A stretch of DNA of 64,000 bases, taken from Anthoceros angustus. Lineage: Eukaryota > Plantae > Anthocerotophyta. A model generated the notes under the pieces. It worked only from the letters and a program-made list of their open reading frames with translations. It was not told where the DNA came from and searched no databases. The stretch covers positions 138,617 to 202,616 of the forward strand of contig MU008199.1 in assembly GCA_010909165.1 (NCBI GenBank), in the 5' to 3' direction. Below are positions 52,141-64,000 of this stretch, in pieces. Both the position numbers and the translations under genes were made by a program. The first letter of the stretch is position 1. Every line of letters begins with the position of its first letter.

Positions 52141-53500
52141 GTGTACTTCGCTGGTATGCATTTGGAAATATGAGTGGGTGGGCACGGAGTTTGGGCGGCA
52201 TGATGTAGTGAAATTTGCCGAGGATGGGGACCCGCCTGGGAGTAGAGGCATGAAGGCGGAAGGCTCCAAAGGCGACCAAACCAAGCATTCATCAAGGGGC
52301 CAAGACTAGTCACTTGTCCTCGGGGGTCACGAGTTGGAGCACAGGAGACAACTATATGCGTCGGAGCCGGGCAATGGAACGTTGAATTCTACCTCCTCAA
52401 GTGTGTCGAGGTGTTCGGAGGCTCGAGCAGCATGAAGACAAGTTTTGGAAGGTCGCCCAATTCCATGGCGAGGTTGTTGAAGGTAATTATTAAGTAGGGC
52501 GGGCTATACCGACCACGAACAAGGGAAGCTTGGGCCCTCTGCTAACGTCGGCTGCGTCTGAATGAGGCCAAAGTCGAGATCTTTGGAGGCGGGTGGATCC
52601 CCACAACAAGAAGGACAAGCCCAAGTATTGGGTAAGCCCTCTGATCGGCCACGCTAGAAGCCCTAGAGGCACATGTCAAGCGCTGGCTGGGTGGCTAGAA
52701 TAGGACAATGGAGACTAGAAAGACAACTTGACATACTTGATAGAATCTTTGGACAATTTTGAAGTGCTTCATGTGAAACAATAGCCTCCGCATGTACACA
52801 TAGGGGAGATCCTTCCTTCAACACACGCCTAAACACGCAAGAACAAACATGGGCCGAAATAATGAACTTCTCCCAAACACTAGATGGCCCTTTTCTTGGT
52901 CCCTTCTTAGAGACTAGCTTGACTTCATTGATTGTGTATCCTCGGCCTCATCCGGTGGGCCCCGTGCGTGATCACCGATGCCTCGCGGCGTGGCGACCCT
53001 TTCCGACATCGATTCGCTTTGGATGCAGGGTTGCACATCACCAAATGACTCATCTTCCGGACACTTGCCCGGTGGGCTGCCCGAGCCATGAATGGTCTCA
53101 TACCATGCCCCGCATCCGCCATTGCAAACACCCGTGCACATAGCCCTTGCAGCGCGCTGCCAACACCCGCCATCGCGGCGACACCGGCCTGACCTTTTGC
53201 AGCCGTGGCCATGGCTCACTTGCATCAATCTTGGCTCTTCCAAGGTCTTCCACGAGATGGGGTTTTAAAAGGCGCTTAAGTTGGGCATTGTCACGCATGG
53301 TCGCAAGTCAAAGTGCTCCGGATCCCAGCGGAGTGGGCGGGACATCGGCGTGTGAATATATGGCCACATCTTGAGCAAACCATGGTATTTACAAGTTCGT
53401 CAAGGTCATTTCAATTTCGAGTTTGGCATATGTACAATTGAGGCCTTAGAGTCGACTACGAAAACACAAATGGGTTCTAGTTCCCTCCCTCACAAGCTCC

Positions 53501-56250
53501 TTAAAGGACTCGGAGTGTCAAGTCAAGCACATACACTAATCGGCCTCCTTCCACGCGTTCCAAAAGTGGGAACTTGGTCTCCACGTAGGATGAAAGAAGG
53601 GTGACCTCCATGACCTCATGATCCAAAGTGTACACACAACCATCCGGCTCAACCCGGGTAATCTTGGCCCACAACCACCTTATCCCACAGGAAATTTCGC
53701 TCTGGGGACAGTAATGTGCTCCGTGGTCACATACAGCGGTGCACTTTGCCAAATAAAAGTTGAACCTTGAACCGTCACAGGATGCACGCACCACAAAGTT
53801 GTCTCCAAGCTCCAAGAGGTGCAATTTAGACATCTTCACTAGCAACACCATTAGCGGGATCAGGCGGCCCATGGACCAACCGCATGTAGCGACAATGGTG
53901 CGATTTGGCGGTCGAATTCGACCAACATCCTCTTGTCCGGCCTCGAGTGGCCGAATGCCATATGCACATATAGGCCTTTGTCTCACATGCTCCATGGTCC
54001 TTGTCCATGCACCACAAAACACATAAGATGCATCTTGAGCCGAGGTTGGTTGCATCCCGAGTCACCATATATCTTGTGCATGCCTTTAGAACCCGGATTG
54101 GTGCACACCCCACCACTGCGGTTGACTTCATTCTTTCCCACCAAAAACCCTTTGCACCTTTCTCACTTGCATAGGAGGATGCGGCCCCATTGGATATCTT
54201 GGACGCGGAAGTCGACAACATCCCGGCTCTCTGACCTTGTCGATGAAGGTGACAACTCTTGACCGCGTGGTGCCCTCTTTAATATGGCACCGTCGTGCTC
54301 CCCTTTGGCACGACCCAAAATAGCTCCACGGCATTACGTTAGACTTGGGTACCTCGCCACAAAATAGCTTGGCAAGCCTTAAAATATGCACCATCAAACC
54401 ACATCCAATGCTCGTGGACTCTTGTATCCATTTGTGATGCTTGATCCCAATGTAGCATAAGGGCATCTTTGGACAAAGAGTGTCATCTTGCATGTCATCA
54501 CTAATGTAAAAGTGGTAAAACTTGAACATTACGGAGGGTCCTCCTCCACCAGCCCCATCCACATATATATGAACTAGAATAGTAACTTGATCACTATGCG
54601 ATTGCATTGATTGTATCTCATTACGAACTTGAAAAGCATAGTTCCGAAAAGTCCATAATAAACTATCACATCCTCGAAACCAATCAATGCACTTAGAAAC
54701 TCGGGCTTGCCATCTTTGGAGTCATGTGAAATAAGCGATCAATTTATCCTTAAGAAATTCAATCATCACGGATGGGTTTCCACAGAAACTAGCTTTATTC
54801 GGACTTGGAGGTTCCGTCCTCATTCACTCCCACCTTCGATATTGCACCGACTTCATCTCCGGCAAAATGCTTGTGAAACCTCCTTAGGACGGAGGACTTG
54901 GAAACTCCACAGTATGCATTTACCAAGCAAACATTTTCGCCTATGCGGTCCTCATCGGTGCTCTAGGGCATAAAGCAGTGCACCATCTCTCGGATGAAAA
55001 CATCTCCGATCTGCGCGTGGCACTTGTCCCCTCCTCGGGTTCCTCTCCACACCCCACACGTGCACGGTGCACCTTTGGCCAGGGGAGCCTTCGTGGCAAT
55101 TGGGCGTCTTTCAAAAATGCCATCTCGACATGGTACAACAACAACATTTCTCTCTTGCAAGGATTTGATGAAGAAGGGCTTCAGTTTCTCGAATGCTCGT
55201 TGGCCAATCTTGATATCCGGATTCTCCTTTTGAAAGCGCAAAAACTCTGTCTGCACATCACTCACGACAATGCATGCTCAGAACATCTCCCTCTAAAAGC
55301 TGGGACACCAAGATGTGACCAAACAAAGTAGATAGAGTGGGCGGTGCACAAAGGACGAGCCACATGAAGTGCCCCACTCACCGCGGGTGAGAGCCTCCTC
55401 GAGTGAACTGAGCTCGACAAATGAACATTGCCTTGAGCAAATGATCGATAGCCATGAAAGGAGGCGGGAGCCGGGCAAATGAGCGAGGCAGGGGGGCGAC
55501 CGAGGCAGGCAAATGAGAAGGAGCGAGCAAATGAGCGAGCAGTGCAAATGAGCGTGGAGCGAGCAAATGACAAGCGAGCAAATGACAAGGGCGAGCAAAT
55601 GACAGGAGCGAGCAAATGAGCAATAGCAGGAGCAAATGACGAGATGGCGCAAGCAAAGGCATGGCGGGTGGCGGGAGCAGCCAGAGGAAACTACGACATG
55701 GAGAGTGATAGTGTAGTAGGGCACCTCGCTATCACATAGTGATGATCGAAGCTTGCTGAAACAAGTTAAAGGGTTAGTGGCGGTGTTCATTGCAAGCATA
55801 GACTAGCACGAGGCAAGGAGCGCTCACCACCACGGTGTGCGCCGCCGATGAAGCGACAAGAGAAATTGCGTGTGAATCACACGAGAGGTATCTAGGAAAT
55901 GGATGATGTGCGTGCGGAAGACAAGAGGAGCCCGTCGCATCCTTGGAGTTGGAGGAAGGCCTTGGCCCCAAAATTACAAAACTTAACCTTGGGGCAAACA
56001 ATCGGAACGAGCCTTCCGTCCCCACCCACAGTAGCGCCTCCTCGTGCACTTTGCAAATCGCCGCGGGTTTGAAGATGGCGTGCCACAACTACTTCTTGAC
56101 CCCAAGGACTCAAAGCTGCTCTGCTTGCCTCATGTCAGTTAGCACAATATTCATAAAGGTTTGTCTTGCCTTCAAGTGATTAGGCCTTGTACACTCCAGC
56201 TTTCATGGCCCGATGTTTGAGCGAGGATGTGGCTTTCGAGCCTTCACCTG
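53501..56250 (-). mobile_element. Decayed Sola2-like DDD transposase
   Basis: Collinear motifs PDIKIGQRAFEKLKPFFIKSLQERN(CCC)YHVEM, MDFS(E)NYAFQVRNEIQSMQSHSDQVTILVHI, YHFYISDDMQDDTL, WSYFGS and LGDNFVVRA..FYLAKC. Many frameshifts. The superfamily is assigned from memory of motif patterns. Confidence 0.65.
55430..55645. repeat. GAGCAAATGA short-unit array within the Sola-like region
   Basis: About 9 copies of GCAAATGA with variable spacers. Confidence 0.85.
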
Positions 56251-57299
56251 ACCGGCGGGAAGAATTCCTTGAGGCCACGAGCTGGAAAAAGCATCTAACA
56301 CCTTAGCCTTGCTATCGAATTGAAGTGGGCAGTTCTACATCAGGCCAATTCTCGAGCAATCGCCCCATTGTGCATCCTGGCCCCATCGGCGGTGAGATCC
56401 GCCCCTTTGCCGTGCAGAATCGCCTTGGCTCTGTGGATGAAAGAGGACTGGTCTTTTGCCCTCGTAGACTAGTTCCCTCCTCACTCATTGAGGGTTCTTG
56501 GATCCGGAGGCCTCACACCCACCCCTGATGATTATCACCGTGACAATCCTCCTCCATGAAGGCACTCCTGCCTCTTGCCTAACATCCGCTACGCACAAGA
56601 TGCTCCATCTTCCACACGCAAAGATGCAACTCGAATTTGCTTTTCCCTCCGGCGCTTCCAGCTGCGTGTTTTGCTCTCTAAGTGCACCGGAGAGGGAGGC
56701 CGCCTACTTGGAGCTCCGGTGCAGGCACATGGTTCACCTCAAGGGCCTCAAAGTAGGCTGGTGAAAGGTCTCAGCGTGAAGATGGCGGTTATGCTCTCAT
56801 CGGAGATGTCTGCATCAACAGGTACCCACCATCTTTTGAAAATCCCGCTTAGACAGAACTTTGAAATACAAACAAGTTTACACTTGTTTGTGACCATGCT
56901 TCACTTTCAGTATTCCGTGTTCACTTGACGACTGCTCAAGAAGCCCGCTTATTCCAAACTTTGAAATTCCCGCTTATTCCAAACTTTGAAATTTGAACAA
57001 GTTCCAACTTCAGTGTGACAAAGACTCACTTTTAGTGTTCTGTGTTCACTTGACGGTTTGCATTTGAAATTCAAATGAGCTTGGGTTGTGTGTCTTGTGC
57101 TCACTTTTTGTATCCAAAGCTCACTTGTCCATCCATGATTCTAGCGAGAAGAGTTTTTGCAAGGTAAATATGTCCACATATGGACATATTTCCACTTTGC
57201 GTCCATCCCCACATAATGTGGTCTACCTAACCGTGCTTGAACCCATATAGGCCTTTTATTAAATATTCTGAGACCAAAGGCCAAGGAGCATCGAGTTCA

Positions 57300-57640
57300 T
57301 AGTGTAAGGACTGATTATTATTTAACCCAGAAAACAACCCAAAACTCATAGGTCAAGGACACTTCTGCTATAAATATCCCTTCCTACTGACAACCCAGCT
57401 CTTCTTGACACCAAACTTAGCAAAAAAACAAAAAAAATCACTCAAAGACACAATCCAACAGGGAGTTTCCAATACCAGATCGTTTACAAGTGGATACCGC
57501 ATTCTCTTGTAGACCCTTGTGTGTCCTTGCTAACGCGAGTCCTGAGTCACTAAGCAGGCACGATAACCTCGGAGAGATTGATCAAGGTCCTGGTGACGGA
57601 CCCTAACGTGTGGTGGTGTGTGGGGCGACCCACGAGATCC
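57300..57640 (+). mobile_element. LTR-derived fragment(s)
   Basis: TGTAAGG start, TATA box CTATAAATA, and 57490-57630 homologous to the LTR at 33984-34130. Confidence 0.5.
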
Positions 57641-58249
57641 TTGCTCTTGAGGCGTGCGTCGGACGGACGGAACACATGAGACCGGGGAACTCGGAGGCGT
57701 GTAGAGCCCGACGGAGAGGCTCGGTGGAATGACCGAGGTGGACCGCAACCCACCCACTCTTCCCCAACGGATGATGAGCGTAGTGAGAGGGGTAAGGAAG
57801 ACGGACTAGACGAAACGTAGGACGGACTGGTAGGATACGGACGCGAACGAGTCCTTAAACGTTTGGCCACGCCGGGCCTGTTCGGCGGATGTTTAAGAGT
57901 AGTTAATAGTAAAACCGTGAGGGCGCGCGACTTTGGTTAGAAACGGCCACGACGGCGGGGCGAGAATCGGTTTGAGACGTGCAAAACGGAACCTATCATT
58001 CTCTTGGGAACGGACCCCTTACTACAACGACACGGGACTGTGCGCGCCCGGCTGGCCGTCAGCGAAAGTCGCGCCACATACCCCCCTCAGATTGATCACT
58101 TAGTTGCGGTCACCCTCTCTCTCCAAAGGGACTTCCTCTACCCCTGATTGTGCACCCTCACCTCCGTACTAAACCTTGGTGGTCTCTACCTTGTCCTCTT
58201 TGCATAAGGGACTAGCTCGCACGCCGGATTATGCCACCACGCCTATTCT

Positions 58250-60780
58250 GGACATTGCGATTTTTGGAGACCAGAATGAGTACTTTTGCATGGTTAAAAT
58301 GGCCAAGAAGGACCATTGGAAGACATTTGCAGAGGCTAGCGACTGATATTTGGAGGAATTTATCGTTCTACTAAACCCGCTTCCCTTCTTCTTTCACCCC
58401 TTTACTTTGGGATGGGTCACTTGTTCACTCATGTCGACAAATGTGCGCCCTCCGATCTGCTTTGTTTCCCTCTTCATCTGGTACCCCTCCCCTACCACCT
58501 TCAGCAAACTCTCAATTCGAGTGGCCGATCTCTACTCTGCACCTCGTGCAGAAGGCTATGTTTGGTGCTAAGGCGTGGAAGGTGGCGGGCCCACACACTA
58601 TTGCTGCTGGGTTCCTCCACACAGGATGGGATCTTCTCAAAGGCTTTTATTTATCTATCTTTCATGCATGCTCTATATTGGGTTATCATCCTGTAGTGTG
58701 GTGTCACTCGCTTATCATCATTCTCCGCAAGTTAAACTAAGCTAACTATTCACTGCCACGTTCTTAATTATCACCCTATTGCACTTCTTAACCGCAAGGC
58801 TTTGGAGGGTTTTATGGCCTCACGACTTTCTTTCTTGGTTGAAACTCATGTTGGCCTTCTTCCCCACGGTCATTTGGGGTGTCGGCCAGGACGGAGTACA
58901 AGTGATGCAACAACTCTTCTGGTACAAGATATTCGCAGGGTTTGGGGACAACGCCACGTTCTTTCCCTTCTCCTTATGGACATCAAGGGTGCATTTGACT
59001 CAGTTAATCATCAGATCCTCCTATCTATTTTATGCAGGAAAGGTCTTCCAACTGCACTGATTCATTGGGTCTTTCACTTTTTATCTCAACGAGCAACTCA
59101 CTATGTTTGGATGGCCCTTGTGATACTCTTGCGGTTCCGTAAGGGGTTACCACAAGGTTCTTTATTTTTTTTTTTTCTTCACCTCGGCCTTATCTCTCAA
59201 CTTCAATCTATGGGGCAACATTGGTTGGATTGATGATACTGGGGCATATGCCACTGCTCCTTCGTGCAAGAAATCCACAAAAAAGCTTCAAGCTATGCTA
59301 CATGTAGCTTTAGAGTGGGCCTTCACGCACCTCATGGAGTTTGATCTCAACAAGTTCGAGCTCATTCATTTTTCTCTCAAGCGCAAGGAAAATATTAAGG
59401 AGTATACTCTTTCTGCCCGATGGCTCCCTTATTACTCCCTCAGAGTGTGTCAAATTCTTGGGCTTTTACTTAGACTCCAAGTTAACTTGGAACATCCATG
59501 TGCAAGTGCTTGACTTGATATGCGATTTATCGCCTATTATCTCTTGGTACCTGTTTGGGGACTCAAAGCTAACCTCCTGCGACAACTATATGTTACTATT
59601 GTTTTGCCTAAACTTGATTATGGCTGCGGTGTTTGGTTTAATGGAGGGCTCACGCACATTCAACATCTTCAGCGGGTTCAACGTCTAGCTTGTAAGGCAA
59701 TGACTGCCGCTCTTCGAACCACCTCCACTAAGGCCCTTGAATTTGAAGCTTTCCTTCTGCCCACTGAGATCCGTCTTCAATGCCATTCTCTCCGCTCTCT
59801 TCTCCGTAACCTCTCTTGCCCTCCTTCCCACCCAATCCACCAAGCCTTCCTACCGGCCTCTAACTACAAAAAACGGTATTACAAAGCTAACCGTAGCCGA
59901 CTCACCCTCGTTTCCCAAGCTCCTCTCTATTCGGTGTTACAGTTGCCCATCCCTACTGCCATTGAGACCATTTTCCCTCGCCTTGTTCCCCTTGGCTCTG
60001 TCTTACCCTCAACCACTGTGATTTTACCATCTCCTGAGTTAGCCATTGCCTCACATTCTCAGTATCCGCTGGCTCCTAATACTCTCGCAATTTACACTGA
60101 TGGTTCCCTCATGGATGGTAAAGCTGGAGGGGCGGCGGTTTTCTATTTCAACAAGGATCATGTGCATCAATTGTCTTTTGGTTTAGAGACTTACTATGGT
60201 TTTGAGGCAGAACTCCTTTCTGTGGTTAAGGCCATCTCGTACCTACCTACTCTTTTAGCCACACTCTCTGGGGTTCGCTCAGTTAACATATTCATTGATA
60301 ACCAAGCAGCTTTATTGTCTTTAACTGACACATCTGCGTGCTTCTCCCAGGCTATCTCAATACGGGCTCATAATCTCAATATGCCCTCTCTCTTGCTCAC
60401 CCTCAAGTTTCCCTAAACCTCCACTTGATTCCGGGCCATAATAATGTAGTCGGCAATGAGCTGGCAGATGTTACTGCTAAGGCAGCCACTCTTCTTCCAA
60501 TTTCCAGTGATTCAGATTGTACCTTATTTGTGTCCAGAGCGCGTCAACTGATTCATGTGGCAAGTTTGCAGGAGTGGCATGTACAGTGGGCCTCATCTAT
60601 TAAAGCTTCTGCGCTAAAGCGAGTGGTGCTTGGTGGCCCCTCGTCGTCGGTGTTACACCGTCTTGGCCTTCATGATCGTAAGGTCTCATCTTTTCTCAAC
60701 GGGGCATATTATGGCTTATTTCAGGCGATTCAACGCTGGAAACCCATTTTGCGAAATGTATGTCTTAAGAAACCCGCCAG
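58250..60780 (+). mobile_element. Degenerate LINE ORF2 (RT + RNase H), Tad1/I-group-like
   Basis: G(C)RPGRSTSDA, LLLMDIKGAFDSVNH, GLPQGS, WIDD, FDLNKFELIHFS, VKFLGFYLDSKLTW, WGLKANLLRQLYVTIVLPKLDYGCGVW. RNase H motifs IYTDGS / EAEL / FIDNQAAL / IPGHNNVVGNELAD. Confidence 0.9.
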
Positions 60781-61890
60781 CACATCCTTGGGTGCTCGGC
60801 TACCCAACAACACCGAAGGGGGGACACAGGTCCTTATGTGTCCTTGGTTGGGTTGTTATAAATGTGTATCCAAATGGCTTAGGCCAAATGGACACACTTT
60901 CATAAGAACGTCCTCCGCCTAAATTGGTATTTAGATGGGGTGCCTAAAGAGAATGGATGCCCTTGGTGTAGTTTAAGCACACCATGCTGTAAGTTGTTAA
61001 GTACAAGTCCCATGACAGGAAAATTCCATCCATGTGGACTATAATGTATTCTTCTTCCCCGTTTTCCTTTTGGTAGATGGATCTTTCATCATGGATGGAA
61101 CAGAGCGACACATGCGGGATCCCTCTTACATCTCCCACATTCTACTATCACAAGCTCCACGACTCGAATGGTGATGACTTGTGGCTCCAATTCATGCCGA
61201 TTTAAAATTAGCGCGATGGAGGGTGCATCGATGAACGCGCAGCTTGAAGAGGGAGCACGAGTTCTCTCAACGGCAATTTCTTTGCATTTCCTCCATAAAT
61301 CGGAGCGGGATTTGTTGACAGCGTTCTTCACCACTAGGCTCCTCTGTACACGGTTCTCGCCAATGTCGTCGTTCGTCCTGAAATGGACATATTTAATGAC
61401 TAGAACACCCTCGCTACCGTACAATGTTACAGTATCAAGCATCCCAAGGGCACTAATATGTTTGCCGATGTGAACTACACCTCCAGAAGCCATGGAGCAA
61501 GAGTTAGATTGTACCTTAAGGTGGTACCCGCTGCTTTAGTTTGCAGAACTCTAAAAGCAGGGCCACAGTGTGCTCCGGAATTCCCGGATCCTAGTTTTTT
61601 ACAACACCAAGTTGATGCTGCTGTCGCGGAGGGCGGAAGGTAGCCTGTGGAAGACATCTCATAGGTTAGAACTTTCACTGCACAGTAAGCGGTCAAAGAA
61701 CAAAGAAATGAGAGCGTTCTGGATGCGATTCTTCAGGAAGGTGCACCCGGTGATGGAACTTCCACAGAGGTCTCACCAATTTGATGAAGATAGACTGCGC
61801 GCTCCTGAAATACCAAATTCTGTCATACAGTTACAGAACCCTCCCAAACGGAGCCAGGAAGCATCCATATTTACAGCCATGCCATGATTA

Positions 61891-63482
61891 TCACAGACTC
61901 AGCTGCCGCATGTGTCGCTCTGTTCTACTTCTTGTCCGCACCTTCAAGTAGACTTGGCACCTTACGTAGCCTTCAAGAATTTTGAAACCTGGCATCACGG
62001 TGAACTCCACTGAAGGGAGAAGACGTGATCATCCACGATCAATTTCCATCAGTCCCCACGTCAGAGTCCACCAGCTCCATGTATTCAGGAGAGTAGTCCT
62101 CAAACTGAGAGGCATGTATCAAGACTGCAGACGGTTCAAATGACAGAGACAGGAGATGGAGCCATACCCTATGGCAGCCTCCAAGAACGTGTTCAACAGA
62201 TTCACCGACCATTTGGAAACCCACTTCACTTCGTCCTGGAAAAGCTTGAGCTTGGCCTGGCAGAAATAGTGGAAGGACTTGTCTGAACTAGGATGCCGAT
62301 CGTTGATGATGTCCTGGGGTTGGCGTCCGCTACCCTCTGGTATGCTTCCCGGCAATCCTTCACAGTGGGCTGCCAGCTTGATCCCTCAGACTCACCATCG
62401 TGCTGACCAACTCCGCAGAAAGGCTCATCGAAGTCTGAGAAGAAGGCACCCGCTATGCACGACTCCAGACCATATCTAGCATGATAAGGCTTAACGAATC
62501 GAACACGGGGCAATAGCTGGTTAACAATCTCGCACACAGAGTCAGAATCCTGACCTGCCACCAAGCACTCCGTAAATGCATGCAGGGCTTGTCTTGTATC
62601 CCTGGTGGCTTTCTCGAGAATCAGACGATTCAAAGAGGGGATGGCACCGCTACTACTTCTGGAACTTCCCGAGGGACTCTGCTGCCACTCTAACAAGCTT
62701 GGTGGTTCCAGGGGACTGAGGAGGTCTGGGTTGTCATCAAAAACTGGATCGGGAGCAACCAGCCTTGCAAGCCGGTCCGGCTGGAAGGGTTCAATAACCC
62801 GAGGAAACCTAGTGCTGTCCACAGAGTCGGCGTACTTGAGAACATCATGCGCTGAGGGGATAAGGCCAGTGAGACGACCTGTTTGATACGTGGCTTTATC
62901 CCACGTTCCATTGGCTTCCCCGTTAGCGTTCCAAAATCTTCGCATCTGCTCATTGTCTACAGATACAGAGGTCCTGACCTCCAGCTGCTGCAATTGACCG
63001 GCAATGGTACGCATCATGTCCTCCACGCTCTCCTGCATGTTCTTCATCCTTTCCTCATGTTCATGAGCCATTTTCCTAAATTCAGCTTCCATTGCCACTG
63101 CCACAGTTCCATCAACCTGCCTGAAGGAACAATTGCACAAGTGCCCGTGCTGTTCGGGCTCACAGGCAGCCTTGATGGGTGACGGAGGCTTAAGAAGTCT
63201 TGTAGGGGAACTCTTCAGTTTCTTAATGAAACTGCCAAACACGGACCTTGACATGCTGCCACCATATGGATGCTGAAGGCCACCCTTGCGCACCACTTCC
63301 TCCCTGTACGAATATGGAGAGGTCTGATCTACAGGACGGCAGCCACAGAACCAGCCACCGGAGTCCACCACAGCTGTCTTGTTCACCACTCCGTTTTGCC
63401 GCTTTTGTTGATGCCTATGAGGTGCACCTGCGGTTGGCCGAACATCGGTCGCCTTAGTGTGCCCAGAGCGCTGGGGAATCAC
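61891..63482 (-). CDS. IRK-interacting / GIL1-family protein (frameshifts in 3' part; true 5' end missing)
   Basis: RYGLESCIAGAFFSDFD, SFHYFCQAK, FLEAA..VWLHLLSLSFEPS..YSPEYME and VEFTVMPGFKILEGYVRCQVYL match the IRKI/GIL1 C-terminal domain. A coiled coil lies upstream. Confidence 0.8.
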
Positions 63483-64000
63483 TGGACGCTGATTGAGCTC
63501 TTCGCTGAAATGGGCAAGCGTTTTCGAGCAGGAAGGTGTGCAGCACGATCTCGAAGTCCTCTTCATCAGCTGGTATGAGTGCAGTGCTCTTACGCCTTCG
63601 AGGTAGGCCTTAAGGAAGAAGCCGCTCATATAGTGCGCCCATTGCTCGGCAAAAGGCAAAAGAGTGCGCATCTCTTCCCGCGGAAGCTGGTCGCTGCTGA
63701 AGAAGCCTTCATAGGCGGTGTAATGAAATGATATGATCATCTCCGCCACATCGCGGAGGGGCGACCGCTTGATCCTTCGCTCGCTGTAGCTCCGGTAGGG
63801 CGAACCGCCGAAATCATGGATCACCGTGTCGCGTCCGGTGAGCAGGAGCTTCTTCAGCGTATAGGTCCCATGGATCCGTGTTTTCAGGATGTCCAGCTTC
63901 TTGCGGTAGATCTTGCGCAGGGTGGCGAGAAGTTCCTCCCTCTTGCCAGCCACCAGCTTGGCCTCAGGACGGATATCCTCGGGAAGCCGGTTGAAATGCT
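63483..64000 (-). CDS. Bacterial trehalose synthase/maltokinase (TreS-Pep2) C-terminal domain fragment, partial
   Basis: KTRIHGTY..LLLTGRDTVIHDFGGSPYRSYSERRIKRSPLRDVAEMIISFHYTAY…FFLKAYLE…LIP…FLLE..L…ELNQRP matches the Pep2/maltokinase pattern. Intronless and GC3-rich. Confidence 0.85.

Noticed and set aside
57486-57502. ACA-AGTGGATACC as a tRNA-Met primer binding site
   Set aside because: It mismatches TGGTATCAGAGC, and the same sequence is internal to the LTR copy at ~34120.
60940-61880. Minus-strand coding-like fragments
   Set aside because: Broken frames, and no family could be assigned.
62226-63953. 575-aa ORF as a single established gene
   Set aside because: It is a composite of bacterial and plant halves, depends on compensating indels, and loses the plant C-terminus through a frameshift.
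1-64000. tRNA or rRNA genes
   Set aside because: No cloverleaf or rRNA signature was recognised by eye; tRNAscan-SE or Infernal would be needed to exclude them.

Overview
Eukaryotic land-plant genomic DNA with about 50% GC and short GT-AG introns. The gene set and compactness suggest a seed-free plant such as a hornwort or other bryophyte (inference). A gene-dense island at about 8-33 kb holds an orphan ORF, a GDSL lipase, a DNAJC17-like J-protein, QCR8, CBP80/ABH1, a CRAL-TRIO protein, a small myristoylation-motif protein and a DUF4220/DUF594 gene. TE-rich regions flank it at 0-7.5 kb and 33-61 kb. The most notable signals are: (1) a decayed, intron-containing Crypton/DUF3504-type tyrosine recombinase at about 44.4-46.9 kb, a class not classically described in land plants; (2) a decayed Sola2-like DDD transposase; (3) a fungal Tad1/I-like LINE with RNase H; (4) a bacterial TreS/maltokinase-type sequence joined in frame to a plant IRKI/GIL1-family gene at the window end, either HGT or a chimeric assembly. 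Several duplicated segments differ mostly by small indels, so the assembly may be locally unpolished and some frameshifts may be artefacts. All family calls come from motif recognition by eye, not database searches.
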